A stretch of 64,000 nucleotides of DNA, taken from contig CAZWVU010000001.1 in the NCBI GenBank assembly GCA_964637575.1, positions 53,009 to 117,008 on the forward strand. The letters run 5' to 3'. This DNA comes from an uncultured Candidatus Saccharibacteria bacterium (lineage in GTDB: Bacteria; Patescibacteriota; Minisyncoccia; UBA6257; WO2-44-18). A model generated the notes under the pieces. It ran no database searches. It saw only the letters and a list, made by a program, of their open reading frames with translations, and was not told where the DNA came from. Positions within the stretch are counted from its first letter, which is position 1. Every line of letters begins with the position of its first letter. Made by a program: the position numbers and the translations under genes. Positions 1 through 8,947 of this stretch are shown here, piece by piece.

Positions 1-297
1 ATTGGGCCGTTTGTAAAAATGCCGGACCGAGGCGAGATAATCAAATTCGTTTACCAAAGAGATACGGAGGAATTTGAAACGATCCCACAGCTTTGGATGC
101 TCCAGCGGCTTTTTTATGTAGGTCACGCCGGGCGACTGAAAATAACCGCCTGCCTTCGCGGCGGCCTCATCCAGCATCGACGTCAGCACCACCACCCGAT
201 AACGCGACGCCAGGTATTCAATATAGTGCGTGCGCAGAAGATCGGAGGTGAAGATGTAGTGGGGGATGCACAGAAAAACAGTTTTATGTGCGGCCAT
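1..297 (-). CDS. Partial CDS (N-terminus in window, continues off the left edge): fourth member of the unassigned GT-B-like paralog family
   Basis: Reverse translation from ATG at 297 gives MAAHKTVFLCIPHYIFTSDLLRTHYIEYLASRYRVVVLTS..., collinear with the N-termini of the 21940-23253 (MKTVFLFLSKEIYALDLLRGDYAKYLSDRYRVVAFV) and 7591-8946 proteins. Not in the ORF track because there is no in-window stop. Confidence 0.5.
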   Translation of the reverse strand, partial: MAAHKTVFLCIPHYIFTSDLLRTHYIEYLASRYRVVVLTSMLDEAAAKAGGYFQSPGVTYIKKPLEHPKLWDRFKFLRISLVNEFDYLASVRHFYKRPN

Positions 298-508
298 ACT
301 TTTGGAGAATTTTTTTAAGGTCCCCCACATTCTTCACTTCCGCCATGTCATTAATATCAAAACGCGTTTTATATTGTTTTTCGAGCTCCTGTATCAGGGC
401 TAGGCCGTTAAACGAATCCCAGCTCGGCGTATTTTCCGGGCTGGTCGCGTCATTGATGGCAGACGGATCGACATTAAAAACTTTTCCTAATATTTGTTCG
501 AGGGTCAT
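284..508 (-). CDS. Acyl carrier protein (phosphopantetheine attachment Ser in WDSFNGLALIQELE)
   Basis: 74 aa, acidic, DSF/DSL-type motif followed by amphipathic helix typical of ACP/PCP. Confidence 0.7.
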   Translation of the reverse strand: MTLEQILGKVFNVDPSAINDATSPENTPSWDSFNGLALIQELEKQYKTRFDINDMAEVKNVGDLKKILQKYGRT

Positions 509-512
509 AGGG

Positions 513-2234
513 TTATTTAGTGGGATTCATTTCCACATCCATCGTGGAAACGTCGCCTGTTTCCATATTCATTTCTTTAGCCCGCAGCACTCTCCGCATA
601 ATCTTGCCGCTTCTGGTCTTGGGGAGTTTTGCAACAAAATCGATTTCGCGCGGCACTTCATGCACCGAAAGATGCTGCTGCACGTATTTCATAATATCGT
701 GCTTCAATGAATCGGCGGCGAGAACGCCCGGCTTCAGAATGATGAATGCTTTAATAATGTTTCCGTAGATATCGTGCGGTTTTCCGATTACACCAGCTTC
801 CGCGACTGCCGGATGGGAAACTAGGGCGCTTTCAATTTCAAACGGACTGATCCGTTCGCCGGCACTTTTGATCATGTCGTCTTCTCTCCCCTGAAACCAG
901 AAATAACCATCCTTATCCTGATAGGCCATATCCCCGGAAATGTACCATTCTTTTTCAAAATAGGACTCGAATTTTTTCTGATTATTCCAGACTGTTTTCA
1001 TAAGCCCCGGCCACGGGATCTTCACGGCCAGACGCCCGATCTGACCCTGAGGCAACTCCTTCGCTTCGTGATCGATGATCGCGGCGGTAATTCCCGGCAA
1101 TGATCTTCCCATCGATCCCTTTTTAATCGGAAGACACCGGTAATTATTGATGAGCTGATGGCCGTTTTCGGTCATATACCAGGAGTCGTGGATGGGGATT
1201 TCCAGATGCTCCATCGTCCAATCGATAAGACTGGGATTGAGCGGCTCTCCGGCGCTGACTATGTGACGCAAATGTTTTAGATTCTCGCGGCCGATAGGAG
1301 CATTATAATAACGCAGAAGCCGGAAGGCGGTAGGCGTGCTGTACCAGACGCTGATATTCATCTTAGCCATAAACTTCACCCATTCAACGGGATGGAAGGC
1401 TCCTTCGTAAAGATGGGCAGCGACACCGAGCAGTAATGGTGCAAAAAAATTATAGACCATGCCAGTGACCCATCCGGGATCGCCCGAGTTCCAATATGCG
1501 TCGTCCGGATGGAGATCGAGGACGTATTGCGCGGTAACGAAGTGCCCGATCATTGCCCGTTGTGCCAGCAGAATTCCTTTTGGCTTGGCGGTCGAGCCGG
1601 AAGTGTAGTGAATGATAAAAGGAGTTTCCAGATCGCCGAATTTGATCACCGAAGCATCGGCCGGACCCTTCAAAAGTTCCTGAACGGGTAAATTGCGTAA
1701 GGACGGGCTGCTCAACTCTGCTGTTCCGTCCGTGACAACATTATGCAAGGTAGGAATATTTTTGAAATCGAGATTTTTCAGCAGCCTCGTATTTACGTAA
1801 ATCCATTCGGCGCCGCAGTCGCCAAGCCGGTCGGTAATGGCATCAGCGCCGAAGGCTTCGAACAAAGGCACGACGACAGCGCCGCACTTGATCGCAGCAA
1901 GCAACACCACCGCATAATCAACGGACTTGGAGGCATAGATACCGAAACGGTCACCCGGCTTGAGTCCCCTGGCCTGCAAAGCTCCGGCCATTATATTGGT
2001 ACGCTCGGCAAGCGTTCGGAACGTGATCCGCTCGACCGCGCCGTCAGCTTTTTGGGCGATCACCGCAGGACGATCTCCCCGTCCCTGGGAAACCTGATAG
2101 TCCGTTATTTCGTAGGCGTAGTTAACTTTGCCGGAAGTATGAAAAGAAAAATTTTTGTGCCATTTTTCCCAGGAAAAATTGCGGCATTCTTTTTCATAAT
2201 TGGTAAAATTCGGCTCCGGCTGCCTGATAGTCAT
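513..2234 (-). CDS. AMP-forming acyl-CoA synthetase (acetyl-CoA synthetase-like short-chain acid ligase)
   Basis: 573 aa; AMP-binding motifs YTSGSTAKPKG, YMTENG, ISGDMAYQDKDGYFWFQGREDDMIKSAGERI. Confidence 0.75.
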   Translation of the reverse strand: MTIRQPEPNFTNYEKECRNFSWEKWHKNFSFHTSGKVNYAYEITDYQVSQGRGDRPAVIAQKADGAVERITFRTLAERTNIMAGALQARGLKPGDRFGIYASKSVDYAVVLLAAIKCGAVVVPLFEAFGADAITDRLGDCGAEWIYVNTRLLKNLDFKNIPTLHNVVTDGTAELSSPSLRNLPVQELLKGPADASVIKFGDLETPFIIHYTSGSTAKPKGILLAQRAMIGHFVTAQYVLDLHPDDAYWNSGDPGWVTGMVYNFFAPLLLGVAAHLYEGAFHPVEWVKFMAKMNISVWYSTPTAFRLLRYYNAPIGRENLKHLRHIVSAGEPLNPSLIDWTMEHLEIPIHDSWYMTENGHQLINNYRCLPIKKGSMGRSLPGITAAIIDHEAKELPQGQIGRLAVKIPWPGLMKTVWNNQKKFESYFEKEWYISGDMAYQDKDGYFWFQGREDDMIKSAGERISPFEIESALVSHPAVAEAGVIGKPHDIYGNIIKAFIILKPGVLAADSLKHDIMKYVQQHLSVHEVPREIDFVAKLPKTRSGKIMRRVLRAKEMNMETGDVSTMDVEMNPTK

Positions 2235-2267
2235 ACCCTCAATAATAGTCGATTTTTAGCTTAAAAT

Positions 2268-2300
2268 CAATTAAAAAATCCACCCCCGAAAGGGTGGATT
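2268..2300 (-). terminator. Intrinsic terminator after the ketopantoate-reductase-like gene
   Basis: 8-bp stem ATCCACCC/GGGTGGAT (2278-2285 / 2292-2299), loop CCGAAA, followed on the minus strand by a U-run (plus-strand A-run 2273-2278). Confidence 0.6.
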
Positions 2301-2311
2301 AGGTGATGTAC

Positions 2312-3280
2312 TTACGACTTCCGGATATCGGACTCAATCGCCTTCATCAGAGAATAGAGCGTCGCGTTGACCGGCACGGAAATGGCATGCTTCTCGGCCA
2401 TTCTCACCACCGCGCCAACGAAACTTTCAAACTCCAGCTTCTTCTTGCGCTTGCGGATATCGTTGAGCGTCGAGCTGATGTACTCGCCGAACGATTTGGC
2501 GGAGCCCAGCACTTCCGCCGTATCCGCCCCGGAAAGACTGACGCCTTCCGCGCGGCCGACTGTCACCACTTCGGCAATCAGACGGTTCAGCATTTCCGCC
2601 GACTCCGTGCATTCGTGCATCCGATTAAAGGGAAGATTGCAGATGGCGGCCGGAATGTTCACGATGCAGTTCCAGAGGAACTTTTTCCAAAGCCGCGTGC
2701 GGATGTCGCGCGGCCGGAAATTCGGAATCCCCGCGTCATCGAACATGTGGTGCAAGGCGTGTGTCCGCTCCGACTCCTGGCCGTCCCATTCGCCGAAGTA
2801 GATCTCGCCTTTGTTCTTGTGCTGAACAATGCCCGCTTCGTCGATGGAAACACCGACGATGGTGAATCCGGGCAGCACCCTCTCAGGGCCGATCACCGCA
2901 GCGATCCGCTCGCAATTGTCGATGCCGTTCTGGAGGGTAAGGATCGCGGTCCGGTCACCGAGCACCGGAAGCATTTGTTCGGCGGCTTCGTCGGTGTCGT
3001 ACGATTTGACCGTGAACAGGACGCAATCGGCGGGCTTTAGCCCATCCATCCGGTCCTTTACGTTCACGTCGCGCACCGCAAAATCGGAATTGACGCTCTT
3101 CACCACGATGCCGTGATCCTTCAGGTGACGGAAATTCCGTCCGCGGGTAATGAATGTGACGTCATGTCCCGCGCGGGCAATCAGGCCGCCATAAAACGAT
3201 CCGATGGCGCCCGCTCCCATTACATGCACCCTCATCAATCTCTCCTTTCCAAAATAATCAAAGTACACTTGCCAGGACAC
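2312..3280 (-). CDS. 2-dehydropantoate 2-reductase family (ApbA/PanE-like 2-ketoacid reductase)
   Basis: 322 aa; N-terminal Rossmann MRVHVMGAGAIGSFYGGLIARAGHDVTFITRG and overall KPR architecture. Confidence 0.6.
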   Translation of the reverse strand: MSWQVYFDYFGKERLMRVHVMGAGAIGSFYGGLIARAGHDVTFITRGRNFRHLKDHGIVVKSVNSDFAVRDVNVKDRMDGLKPADCVLFTVKSYDTDEAAEQMLPVLGDRTAILTLQNGIDNCERIAAVIGPERVLPGFTIVGVSIDEAGIVQHKNKGEIYFGEWDGQESERTHALHHMFDDAGIPNFRPRDIRTRLWKKFLWNCIVNIPAAICNLPFNRMHECTESAEMLNRLIAEVVTVGRAEGVSLSGADTAEVLGSAKSFGEYISSTLNDIRKRKKKLEFESFVGAVVRMAEKHAISVPVNATLYSLMKAIESDIRKS

Positions 3281-3311
3281 GATACTGGATAATTACTGAA
3301 AAATCAAGTCA

Positions 3312-3347
3312 GCAAAAATAAAAACGGCCCGATTGAAATCGGGCCGA
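3312..3347 (-). terminator. Intrinsic terminator after the ICL-family gene
   Basis: 9-bp perfect stem CGGCCCGAT/ATCGGGCCG (3325-3333 / 3338-3346), loop TGAA, U-run on the minus strand from the plus A-run 3314-3324. Confidence 0.65.
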
Positions 3348-3351
3348 ATGA

Positions 3352-4356
3352 TTAGTGAGCGTCTCCTTCGCGGAAACCTTCCGACTGCTTGATCCGCTCC
3401 GCGGCTTCGGGAGAATAGGTCTTCTCCAGCTCCTGATAGTAGGGAGCGTTGCTGAGCTTGTGGTGGCTCTGGGTGGGATGGCCGTCCTTCTGGCGCTCCA
3501 GTTCCCACTGCCCGTGCTCGGCAACCCGCACCAGCGCCTGCATACCGTCCCACATCGCATGGGTAGCCGCGTGGTAGGCGAACAAAGTGATGAAGATGTA
3601 GCGGTAGCCCATCTGCGCCAGCTCTTTGAACGTCATCGGATTTTCCTGCTTGTGCCACTGGAACGAAGAAGAATAATTGAAAGCGAGCGGCAGATCCGGA
3701 TGCGTGCCGCGCACCGCGCCGGCAAACTCTTCGGCTTTCTGCCGGTCGGGAGTGCCGAATTCGCACCAGATGAGATCGGCGCCCGCGTCGGCATACGCAA
3801 TGCCGCGCTCCTTCGCCTTTTCCATACTGCCGCCGACCGCCCCAAGGGAATCGGTTCTCGCGATGACGATGAAATTCCTGTCATTCTCATCGCGGACATC
3901 CAGCGCGGCGCGCAGTTTTCCCAGCGACTCCGCCAGCGGCAGGACTCTCCGGCCCGCCATATGGCCGCAGCGTTTCGGACCCTTCTGATCCTCGATGTGC
4001 ACGCCGGCCACGCCGGTCTTCATGTACTCTTCCATCGTACGCTGCATATGGATGGCGTCGCCGTAACCGTCATCCGCGTCGGCGATCACCGGCGCCGCAT
4101 TCATGTTGTGCGCCTTGGCCGCCAGCTTCAGGGCATCCACCACCCGGTGGGCGGTGTAGACCATTTCAAAACGCTGGATGATGCCGATGTCGGTCACGCC
4201 CCACTGGGCGCTCGCGGTGGAATACCCGCTCAGGTATACCGCCTGATGACCGACCCGCTGGGCGATCTGTGCCCCGACCGCGTCGTAGACTCCCGGCGCG
4301 AACACATAGGGATCGCGCGCCAACTTTTCGCGGAACAGCCTGCTTGCCTGCTTCAT
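3352..4356 (-). CDS. Isocitrate lyase / PEP mutase superfamily C-C lyase (not a PEP mutase)
   Basis: 334 aa; YLSGY, PVIADADDGYG, GVAGVHIEDQKGPKRCGHMAG, IIARTD, YADAGADLI motifs of PF13714-type enzymes. EDQ...KRCGH rather than the PEP-mutase EDKx5NS signature. Confidence 0.65.
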   Translation of the reverse strand: MKQASRLFREKLARDPYVFAPGVYDAVGAQIAQRVGHQAVYLSGYSTASAQWGVTDIGIIQRFEMVYTAHRVVDALKLAAKAHNMNAAPVIADADDGYGDAIHMQRTMEEYMKTGVAGVHIEDQKGPKRCGHMAGRRVLPLAESLGKLRAALDVRDENDRNFIVIARTDSLGAVGGSMEKAKERGIAYADAGADLIWCEFGTPDRQKAEEFAGAVRGTHPDLPLAFNYSSSFQWHKQENPMTFKELAQMGYRYIFITLFAYHAATHAMWDGMQALVRVAEHGQWELERQKDGHPTQSHHKLSNAPYYQELEKTYSPEAAERIKQSEGFREGDAH

Positions 4357-4423
4357 GTGCGTTTCTCCTCAACACGTGAAAAGTTCTGACGGTAATGTAC
4401 CACAAAAAATCAGCCCCGGCAAC

Positions 4424-5473
4424 TCAAAATGGCCGGTCCTGATCGCCGCCGGCCTTCATCGTGTACCAGTCTTTGAGCGGCGCCGGCAGCGAACTTTTCA
4501 CCGCGAAATTCAAATGGGTGCGCTTGAAACTCACCGGGTTGAACAGTATCGGTATTTCCCGATAGGCCGGGTCGTCGCCGTGTACAAAACCCGCGGCGCG
4601 GAGGCCGGCATTGTGGAAATCGCCGCTGGAAAAATAATCGATAAAATCAATGTTCTGCCCGCGGCAATATTCCACCAGCGCGCCGAGCATATACGCCTCG
4701 GCGTCCTTTTCCGCGATGAAATCAATGATCCGCGCGGCGCGGACACCGGTCGGCTGTTCTTTTTTAACATCCTCAAAACGAAGCACGGCGAATGCCTTCA
4801 CGGCATTTCCCTGCTTCGCCACAAACATCGGATACTTCACCAGCGGATTATTCGCAAAACGCCAATTGAGATAGTCAGCGCTGCGATTCACGGTAATCGG
4901 ATAGCGGCCCCGGACTGATGTCCAAAAAACATCCATTTCCTTCCCGAAATGGTGCACCGGTTCAAACGTATAATTCCCCCGAACTGGCGCTGAAGCGGCG
5001 GACGCGGGAAGGTCGTAGAGATTGTTTTTCGGATTAATCACGTACAAAAAACGCGAAAGGTTTTCGCCCTCCCAGCCGGCTTTCATGAAAAGGGGCCAGG
5101 CGGTGTCATTAATGGTGTGATCGATGGAAAGTTCGTTGAGCTTCGCCGCCCGGTCCAAAAGAAGATAGCCATAGCCGAGTGCGCGGAGATTTTTTTTCAC
5201 GATCAGGTTGCACAGCTGGGTGGCCATCACATCCTTCCCGTAATAATTAAAGGGAGTCATGAACAATCCGAACGTCCCAAGCAGATCGCCCCGCTCCGAC
5301 CAGAGACCGAGCGTTGAATATTCTTCCTTATTCCCGTTCGTAAAGCCATCGAACTGCCAGTCGTAATAGGTTTTGTCGGCAAAGATGTGCTCCGGCTTGT
5401 ATTCGGCGGCGTTGAAAACGCGCAATTGTTCCCACTCGGACTTTTTAACCGGTCTTATTTCCATCCCACACAT
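4424..5473 (-). CDS. Unassigned 349-aa protein, candidate acyl/aminoacyl transferase (GNAT/FemAB-like fold suspected)
   Basis: No unambiguous motif. Sits between the carrier-protein gene and the ICL-family gene in the same transcription direction. Confidence 0.25.
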   Translation of the reverse strand: MCGMEIRPVKKSEWEQLRVFNAAEYKPEHIFADKTYYDWQFDGFTNGNKEEYSTLGLWSERGDLLGTFGLFMTPFNYYGKDVMATQLCNLIVKKNLRALGYGYLLLDRAAKLNELSIDHTINDTAWPLFMKAGWEGENLSRFLYVINPKNNLYDLPASAASAPVRGNYTFEPVHHFGKEMDVFWTSVRGRYPITVNRSADYLNWRFANNPLVKYPMFVAKQGNAVKAFAVLRFEDVKKEQPTGVRAARIIDFIAEKDAEAYMLGALVEYCRGQNIDFIDYFSSGDFHNAGLRAAGFVHGDDPAYREIPILFNPVSFKRTHLNFAVKSSLPAPLKDWYTMKAGGDQDRPF

Positions 5474-5528
5474 AACAAAGAGTGCGCTCCGCGCAATCTT
5501 TGCGATACATCATATTTCGACTGTTTTA

Positions 5529-5780
5529 TCATTGGCTCTTTGTTATGTGTGGGATCCATGATTCAACAATATTCGCAATGGTTTCCAGGGAATTAAAATT
5601 TTCCGGCGTGAGCGCTTCCATGCGCGGCACAATCCCGAGACTGCTCTCGATAAATCCGATCAGCTTGATCATGGTAAAGGAATCCAGAACGCCCCTCTCA
5701 ATCAGATTGACGGAAGAGTCCTCGATCTTCTGTTGGGTTTCTTTTTCCAGAAACGCTTTAATGTTTTCTTGTATATTCAT
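5529..5780 (-). CDS. Small phosphopantetheine carrier protein (DltC/PCP-like)
   Basis: 83 aa; GVLDSFTMIKLIGFIESSLGIV with DSF Ser attachment motif. Immediately downstream of an adenylation enzyme. Confidence 0.6.
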   Translation of the reverse strand: MNIQENIKAFLEKETQQKIEDSSVNLIERGVLDSFTMIKLIGFIESSLGIVPRMEALTPENFNSLETIANIVESWIPHITKSQ

Positions 5781-7251
5781 CTTTTAATTTCGGCCGGTCT
5801 ACCTTTCCCGTGCTGGTGCGCGGCAGAATGTCCCGGATCTCGATGATGTGGGGAATCATATAATGCGGCAGGAGCTTTGCCAAATCGGTCTTGATTGTTT
5901 CCGGCGTCATGCCTTTTTCTTTCAGACTGACAAACGCGGCGATTTCAACGCCGCCCGTTTCCGGCGCCTCCACCGCGATTACCCCCGCTTCTTTTATAGA
6001 GGAAAGCGAATAGAGCGCGGCCTCGATATCGCCAAGCTCGATGCGGTTTCCCATCACCTTCACCTGAAAATCTTTCCGGCCGATGAATTCGTAATTGCCG
6101 TCGGGAAGCCGGCGGACCAGATCGCCGGTCTTGTACACCATACCCGCCTTGCCCGGACGCGGATCCGGCACGAACGCTTCCGCGGTTTTTTCCGGATTAT
6201 TCCAGTAGCCCTTGCCAACTCCGGCACCGGCGACATACAGTTCTCCGTCAACGTCGAACACCTCCGCGCCACGCTGGGCTTTTCCGATCGGCACCAGCCT
6301 GGAAAGATCAGCGGGCGGCGCCGGAACGCGGTAGAACGTGCACTGGACGGTCGTCTCGGTCGGTCCATACATATTTATAAATTCTTTTTCCGGATAGGTC
6401 TTCATCCACTCCGCCAGAAACTTTGCCGGGAATCCTTCACCGTTGAAAAATATTTTCTTCACGCTCGCCATCCGTTCCGGCTTCACCAACCCGGCGTTGG
6501 AAAGATATACCATTACCGACGGAACGGAGTCCCAGATGGTAAGCCGGTGGTCTTCGATGAATTTCATGAGCTGGCCGGGAAAAAGCGAAAGCGATTCAGG
6601 CACGAGGTAGAGTGTCGCGGCGGATTTGAACGCGCAGTAGAGATCAAAGGTGGAAAGATCGAAATGGAGCGGCGGGTGCTGGGACATCCGGTCTTCATGG
6701 GTGATGTTGAATTCGTCCACCGCCCATTCGGTCGCGTTAATAACGTTCGCGTGCGTAATCATCACTCCCTTCGGCGTTCCGGTGGAGCCGGAGGTATAAA
6801 GAATGTAGGCAAGATCACCGGAAGAATTTTTGTAATCGAGCGGGGCGGAAGAAAATTCCCGGACAAATTCCCGGTCGTCATCCAGATTTAAAATTGTCCC
6901 GGCAGCGGCGACGGTAGGAAGCGTTTTATTATTGCAGATCACGATTGCCGGCCTGGCGTCGTCGATGATCTGCTTCGCCCGCGCCGCGGGCGCCTGCGGA
7001 TTGAGCGGCACATAGACCGCGTCGGCTTTCAGGATGCCGGCGAGGGCAATCAGCGAGTCGATCGATTTAAAAAGACAGAAGGCCACCCGGTCGCCGCGTG
7101 TTACGCCCAGTTTCTGCAATGCCCGCGCCATCTGATTGCTCCTTTCGTCAAAATCCTGGTAGGAAATAAGTTCGCCACCGAAAACCGCCGCCGGTTTCTC
7201 CGGAAACTTTTTCGCCGATTCGGAAATATAATCCTGAAGCAGGTTGATCAT
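5758..7251 (-). CDS. Stand-alone adenylation enzyme (amino/hydroxy-acid--carrier protein ligase, DltA/NRPS A-domain-like)
   Basis: 497 aa; core motifs YTSGSTGTPKGV (A3), FDLSTFD (A4), NMYGPTETT (A5), YKTGDL (A7), GRKDFQVKVMGNRIELGDIE (A8), PK at the C-terminus (A10). Confidence 0.75.
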   Translation of the reverse strand: MINLLQDYISESAKKFPEKPAAVFGGELISYQDFDERSNQMARALQKLGVTRGDRVAFCLFKSIDSLIALAGILKADAVYVPLNPQAPAARAKQIIDDARPAIVICNNKTLPTVAAAGTILNLDDDREFVREFSSAPLDYKNSSGDLAYILYTSGSTGTPKGVMITHANVINATEWAVDEFNITHEDRMSQHPPLHFDLSTFDLYCAFKSAATLYLVPESLSLFPGQLMKFIEDHRLTIWDSVPSVMVYLSNAGLVKPERMASVKKIFFNGEGFPAKFLAEWMKTYPEKEFINMYGPTETTVQCTFYRVPAPPADLSRLVPIGKAQRGAEVFDVDGELYVAGAGVGKGYWNNPEKTAEAFVPDPRPGKAGMVYKTGDLVRRLPDGNYEFIGRKDFQVKVMGNRIELGDIEAALYSLSSIKEAGVIAVEAPETGGVEIAAFVSLKEKGMTPETIKTDLAKLLPHYMIPHIIEIRDILPRTSTGKVDRPKLKDEYTRKH

Positions 7252-7643
7252 TGTGTTACCGCGATCGCGACCGCGTAATCATGGGTATGCGAAAGGGAAA
7301 CCAGCACCCGGGGCGCCCGGCGGATATTGCGGATTCTGGCGACCGGACGGCCGTCCTTGCGGTTTGAAATTTCAAAATTGCCGGCCTGATACACACTTGC
7401 ATTGAGCGCTTTGGCAATCGCCTCTTTGGCGGCAAAGCGGGCGGCAAAATGCGGATAGGGGTCTTTTTTGGAAAGACAATAGGCGATTTCTTTGGCGGTG
7501 AAAATGCGGCCGTAAAAAGACCGGTTCCGCTGGAATGGCAGCTTCCGGAAACGGCCGACGCTTTCTATATCTACTCCGATATTCTTCATGTTAGGCGATG
7601 CTGTCCCGCAGAAATCCGGCAATACGCTGACCGGCGTGGCCAT
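7248..7643 (-). CDS. acpS: Holo-ACP synthase (4'-phosphopantetheinyl transferase, AcpS type)
   Basis: 131 aa; MKNIGVDIESVGRF...FAAKEAIAKAL typical AcpS. 4-nt overlap with the adenylation gene. Confidence 0.7.
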   Translation of the reverse strand: MATPVSVLPDFCGTASPNMKNIGVDIESVGRFRKLPFQRNRSFYGRIFTAKEIAYCLSKKDPYPHFAARFAAKEAIAKALNASVYQAGNFEISNRKDGRPVARIRNIRRAPRVLVSLSHTHDYAVAIAVTQ

Positions 7644-8946
7644 CCAGTTCGCCGCACTGCTCGCGGACGAGGCGCGCCCGGCCTTCCTCGTCCAGCTCCG
7701 GGTGTTCCAGATAGCGCCGGATCTGGCTGATCAATTCTTCCTCCGACCGGGGATAGGCAATCCCGCCGCTGTTCACCGCATTCCGGTAATGCGTCATCTG
7801 GTAAAAATGCGTCGGTGATTTCGAGAGAAGCTGGCGCTCCTTTACTTCAAAATCAATGTTGATCACCGGCTTGTGGAATACCGCCGCGTCGATACTCATA
7901 CTGGAAGCGTAGCAGATAAAGAGATCGGCGTTGGCGAGCGTGTCGGTCAGTCCCCGGATATCGTCAAAACTCATGTCCCAATCCACGCCGCGGGTGGAGG
8001 AAAAGCGGATGCCGGGACGGTCGTATACAAGATAGGAGCGTTTCCGCAATTCCGATTCGTCCAGAAAATCATTGGGTTGAAAGCGCACGAGAAGCTGGGC
8101 GTTCGGAATCCGCCCCGCGGAAATCGCCGCGTGCAGAAGATCAACGATATCCCAGTCGGAATTGCTGTAGGTTTTTCCCATCGGCGCGTAGACGATTATC
8201 TTTTTTGCCGGATCAAGTCCTTTTTTCGCGCAAAAATCCTTCCGGCTCATCGGCGGGTAATTCACATGCCAGTCATATTGAGGAATGCCGGCCACGAAAA
8301 TATCCCCGGCCTTCATGTCGGCATGCCGGATCGCCTCTTCCTTCACCAGATCATTGAAGACGATCAGCTTGCCGGGGAGAAGCCGCATGATGCCGCGGGC
8401 GGTAAGCTTGTCCCACGAATTGATGAATCCGACCGCGGGCACGCCGCGCCGCTTTGCTTCGCGCAAAAGATCGGTTTCAGTGTCATCGAAAAGATGCGCC
8501 AGAAACACCGCGTCCGGGGAATATTTATCGAAAAATTCACCGAACAGGCCGCTTCCCCCGAAGTGGAAATCAAGCCGGCGGACGATCTGGCGGACGGACC
8601 GGCGGGCCAGCATGCGGTTCAGAAGCCAGTTCGCAGCGTATCCGAGGTAATTTCCGGTTTCCTCCAGAAGCATGCGGCGGCGGAGATCAACTGTGGCGGT
8701 CCGCAGTAAAAGGAATTTCAGATTGCTGAAAAAAGTTTCGCTCCGGCCCGGCGCGCGTTCCGGCGCTACTTCATACACGACATTCCGGCCGGAAAATTCC
8801 TTCCGGTAATATTCGGCCCGCTCCGGCGTCCGTACGAACAGCACCAGGCGCAGCTCCGGATCGGCGGCCAGCGTTTTGTAAATGTCGGTGCGGAGAATGT
8901 TCTTGGCCTCCACTCCCTGAAACAGGGTAATAAAAATAGTACGCAT
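7591..8946 (-). CDS. Unassigned GT-B-like paralog family member (451 aa, SWDKLT motif)
   Basis: Collinear similarity to the 33077-34444 protein: TIFITLFQGVEAKNILRTD / TVFITAFTNFVVRNLLDTD; GVPAVGFINSWDKLTARG / GIPVIGMVRSWDNLTTRG; VAGIPQYD / VVGIPHYD. Confidence 0.5.
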   Translation of the reverse strand: MRTIFITLFQGVEAKNILRTDIYKTLAADPELRLVLFVRTPERAEYYRKEFSGRNVVYEVAPERAPGRSETFFSNLKFLLLRTATVDLRRRMLLEETGNYLGYAANWLLNRMLARRSVRQIVRRLDFHFGGSGLFGEFFDKYSPDAVFLAHLFDDTETDLLREAKRRGVPAVGFINSWDKLTARGIMRLLPGKLIVFNDLVKEEAIRHADMKAGDIFVAGIPQYDWHVNYPPMSRKDFCAKKGLDPAKKIIVYAPMGKTYSNSDWDIVDLLHAAISAGRIPNAQLLVRFQPNDFLDESELRKRSYLVYDRPGIRFSSTRGVDWDMSFDDIRGLTDTLANADLFICYASSMSIDAAVFHKPVINIDFEVKERQLLSKSPTHFYQMTHYRNAVNSGGIAYPRSEEELISQIRRYLEHPELDEEGRARLVREQCGELDGHAGQRIAGFLRDSIA

Positions 8947-8947
8947 G

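Noticed and set aside
19-318. Plus-strand 99-aa ORF at the left edge
   Set aside because: The opposite strand encodes a protein whose N-terminus aligns with the three GT-B-like paralogs. The plus ORF is a shadow frame with no recognisable features.
3352-4356. Possible PEP mutase, implying a phosphonate-decorated glycan
   Set aside because: The active-site region reads EDQKGPKRCGHMAG, the lyase-type ICL/methylisocitrate-lyase signature, not the PEP-mutase EDKx5NS signature. No phosphonopyruvate decarboxylase is nearby.
3355-4389. Long antisense ORFs on the plus strand (e.g. 3355-4389, 5848-6891, 15920-17413, 17323-18384, 48119-49321)
   Set aside because: Arg/His/Gly-rich shadow ORFs typical of high-GC DNA. 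Each lies fully antisense to a gene with clear family motifs.
5529-7643. DltABCD-type D-alanylation of teichoic acid
   Set aside because: A DltA/DltC-like adenylation-carrier pair is present, but no MBOAT DltB or DltD. The accessory genes (lyase, KPR, CoA ligase, second ACP) do not fit Dlt.
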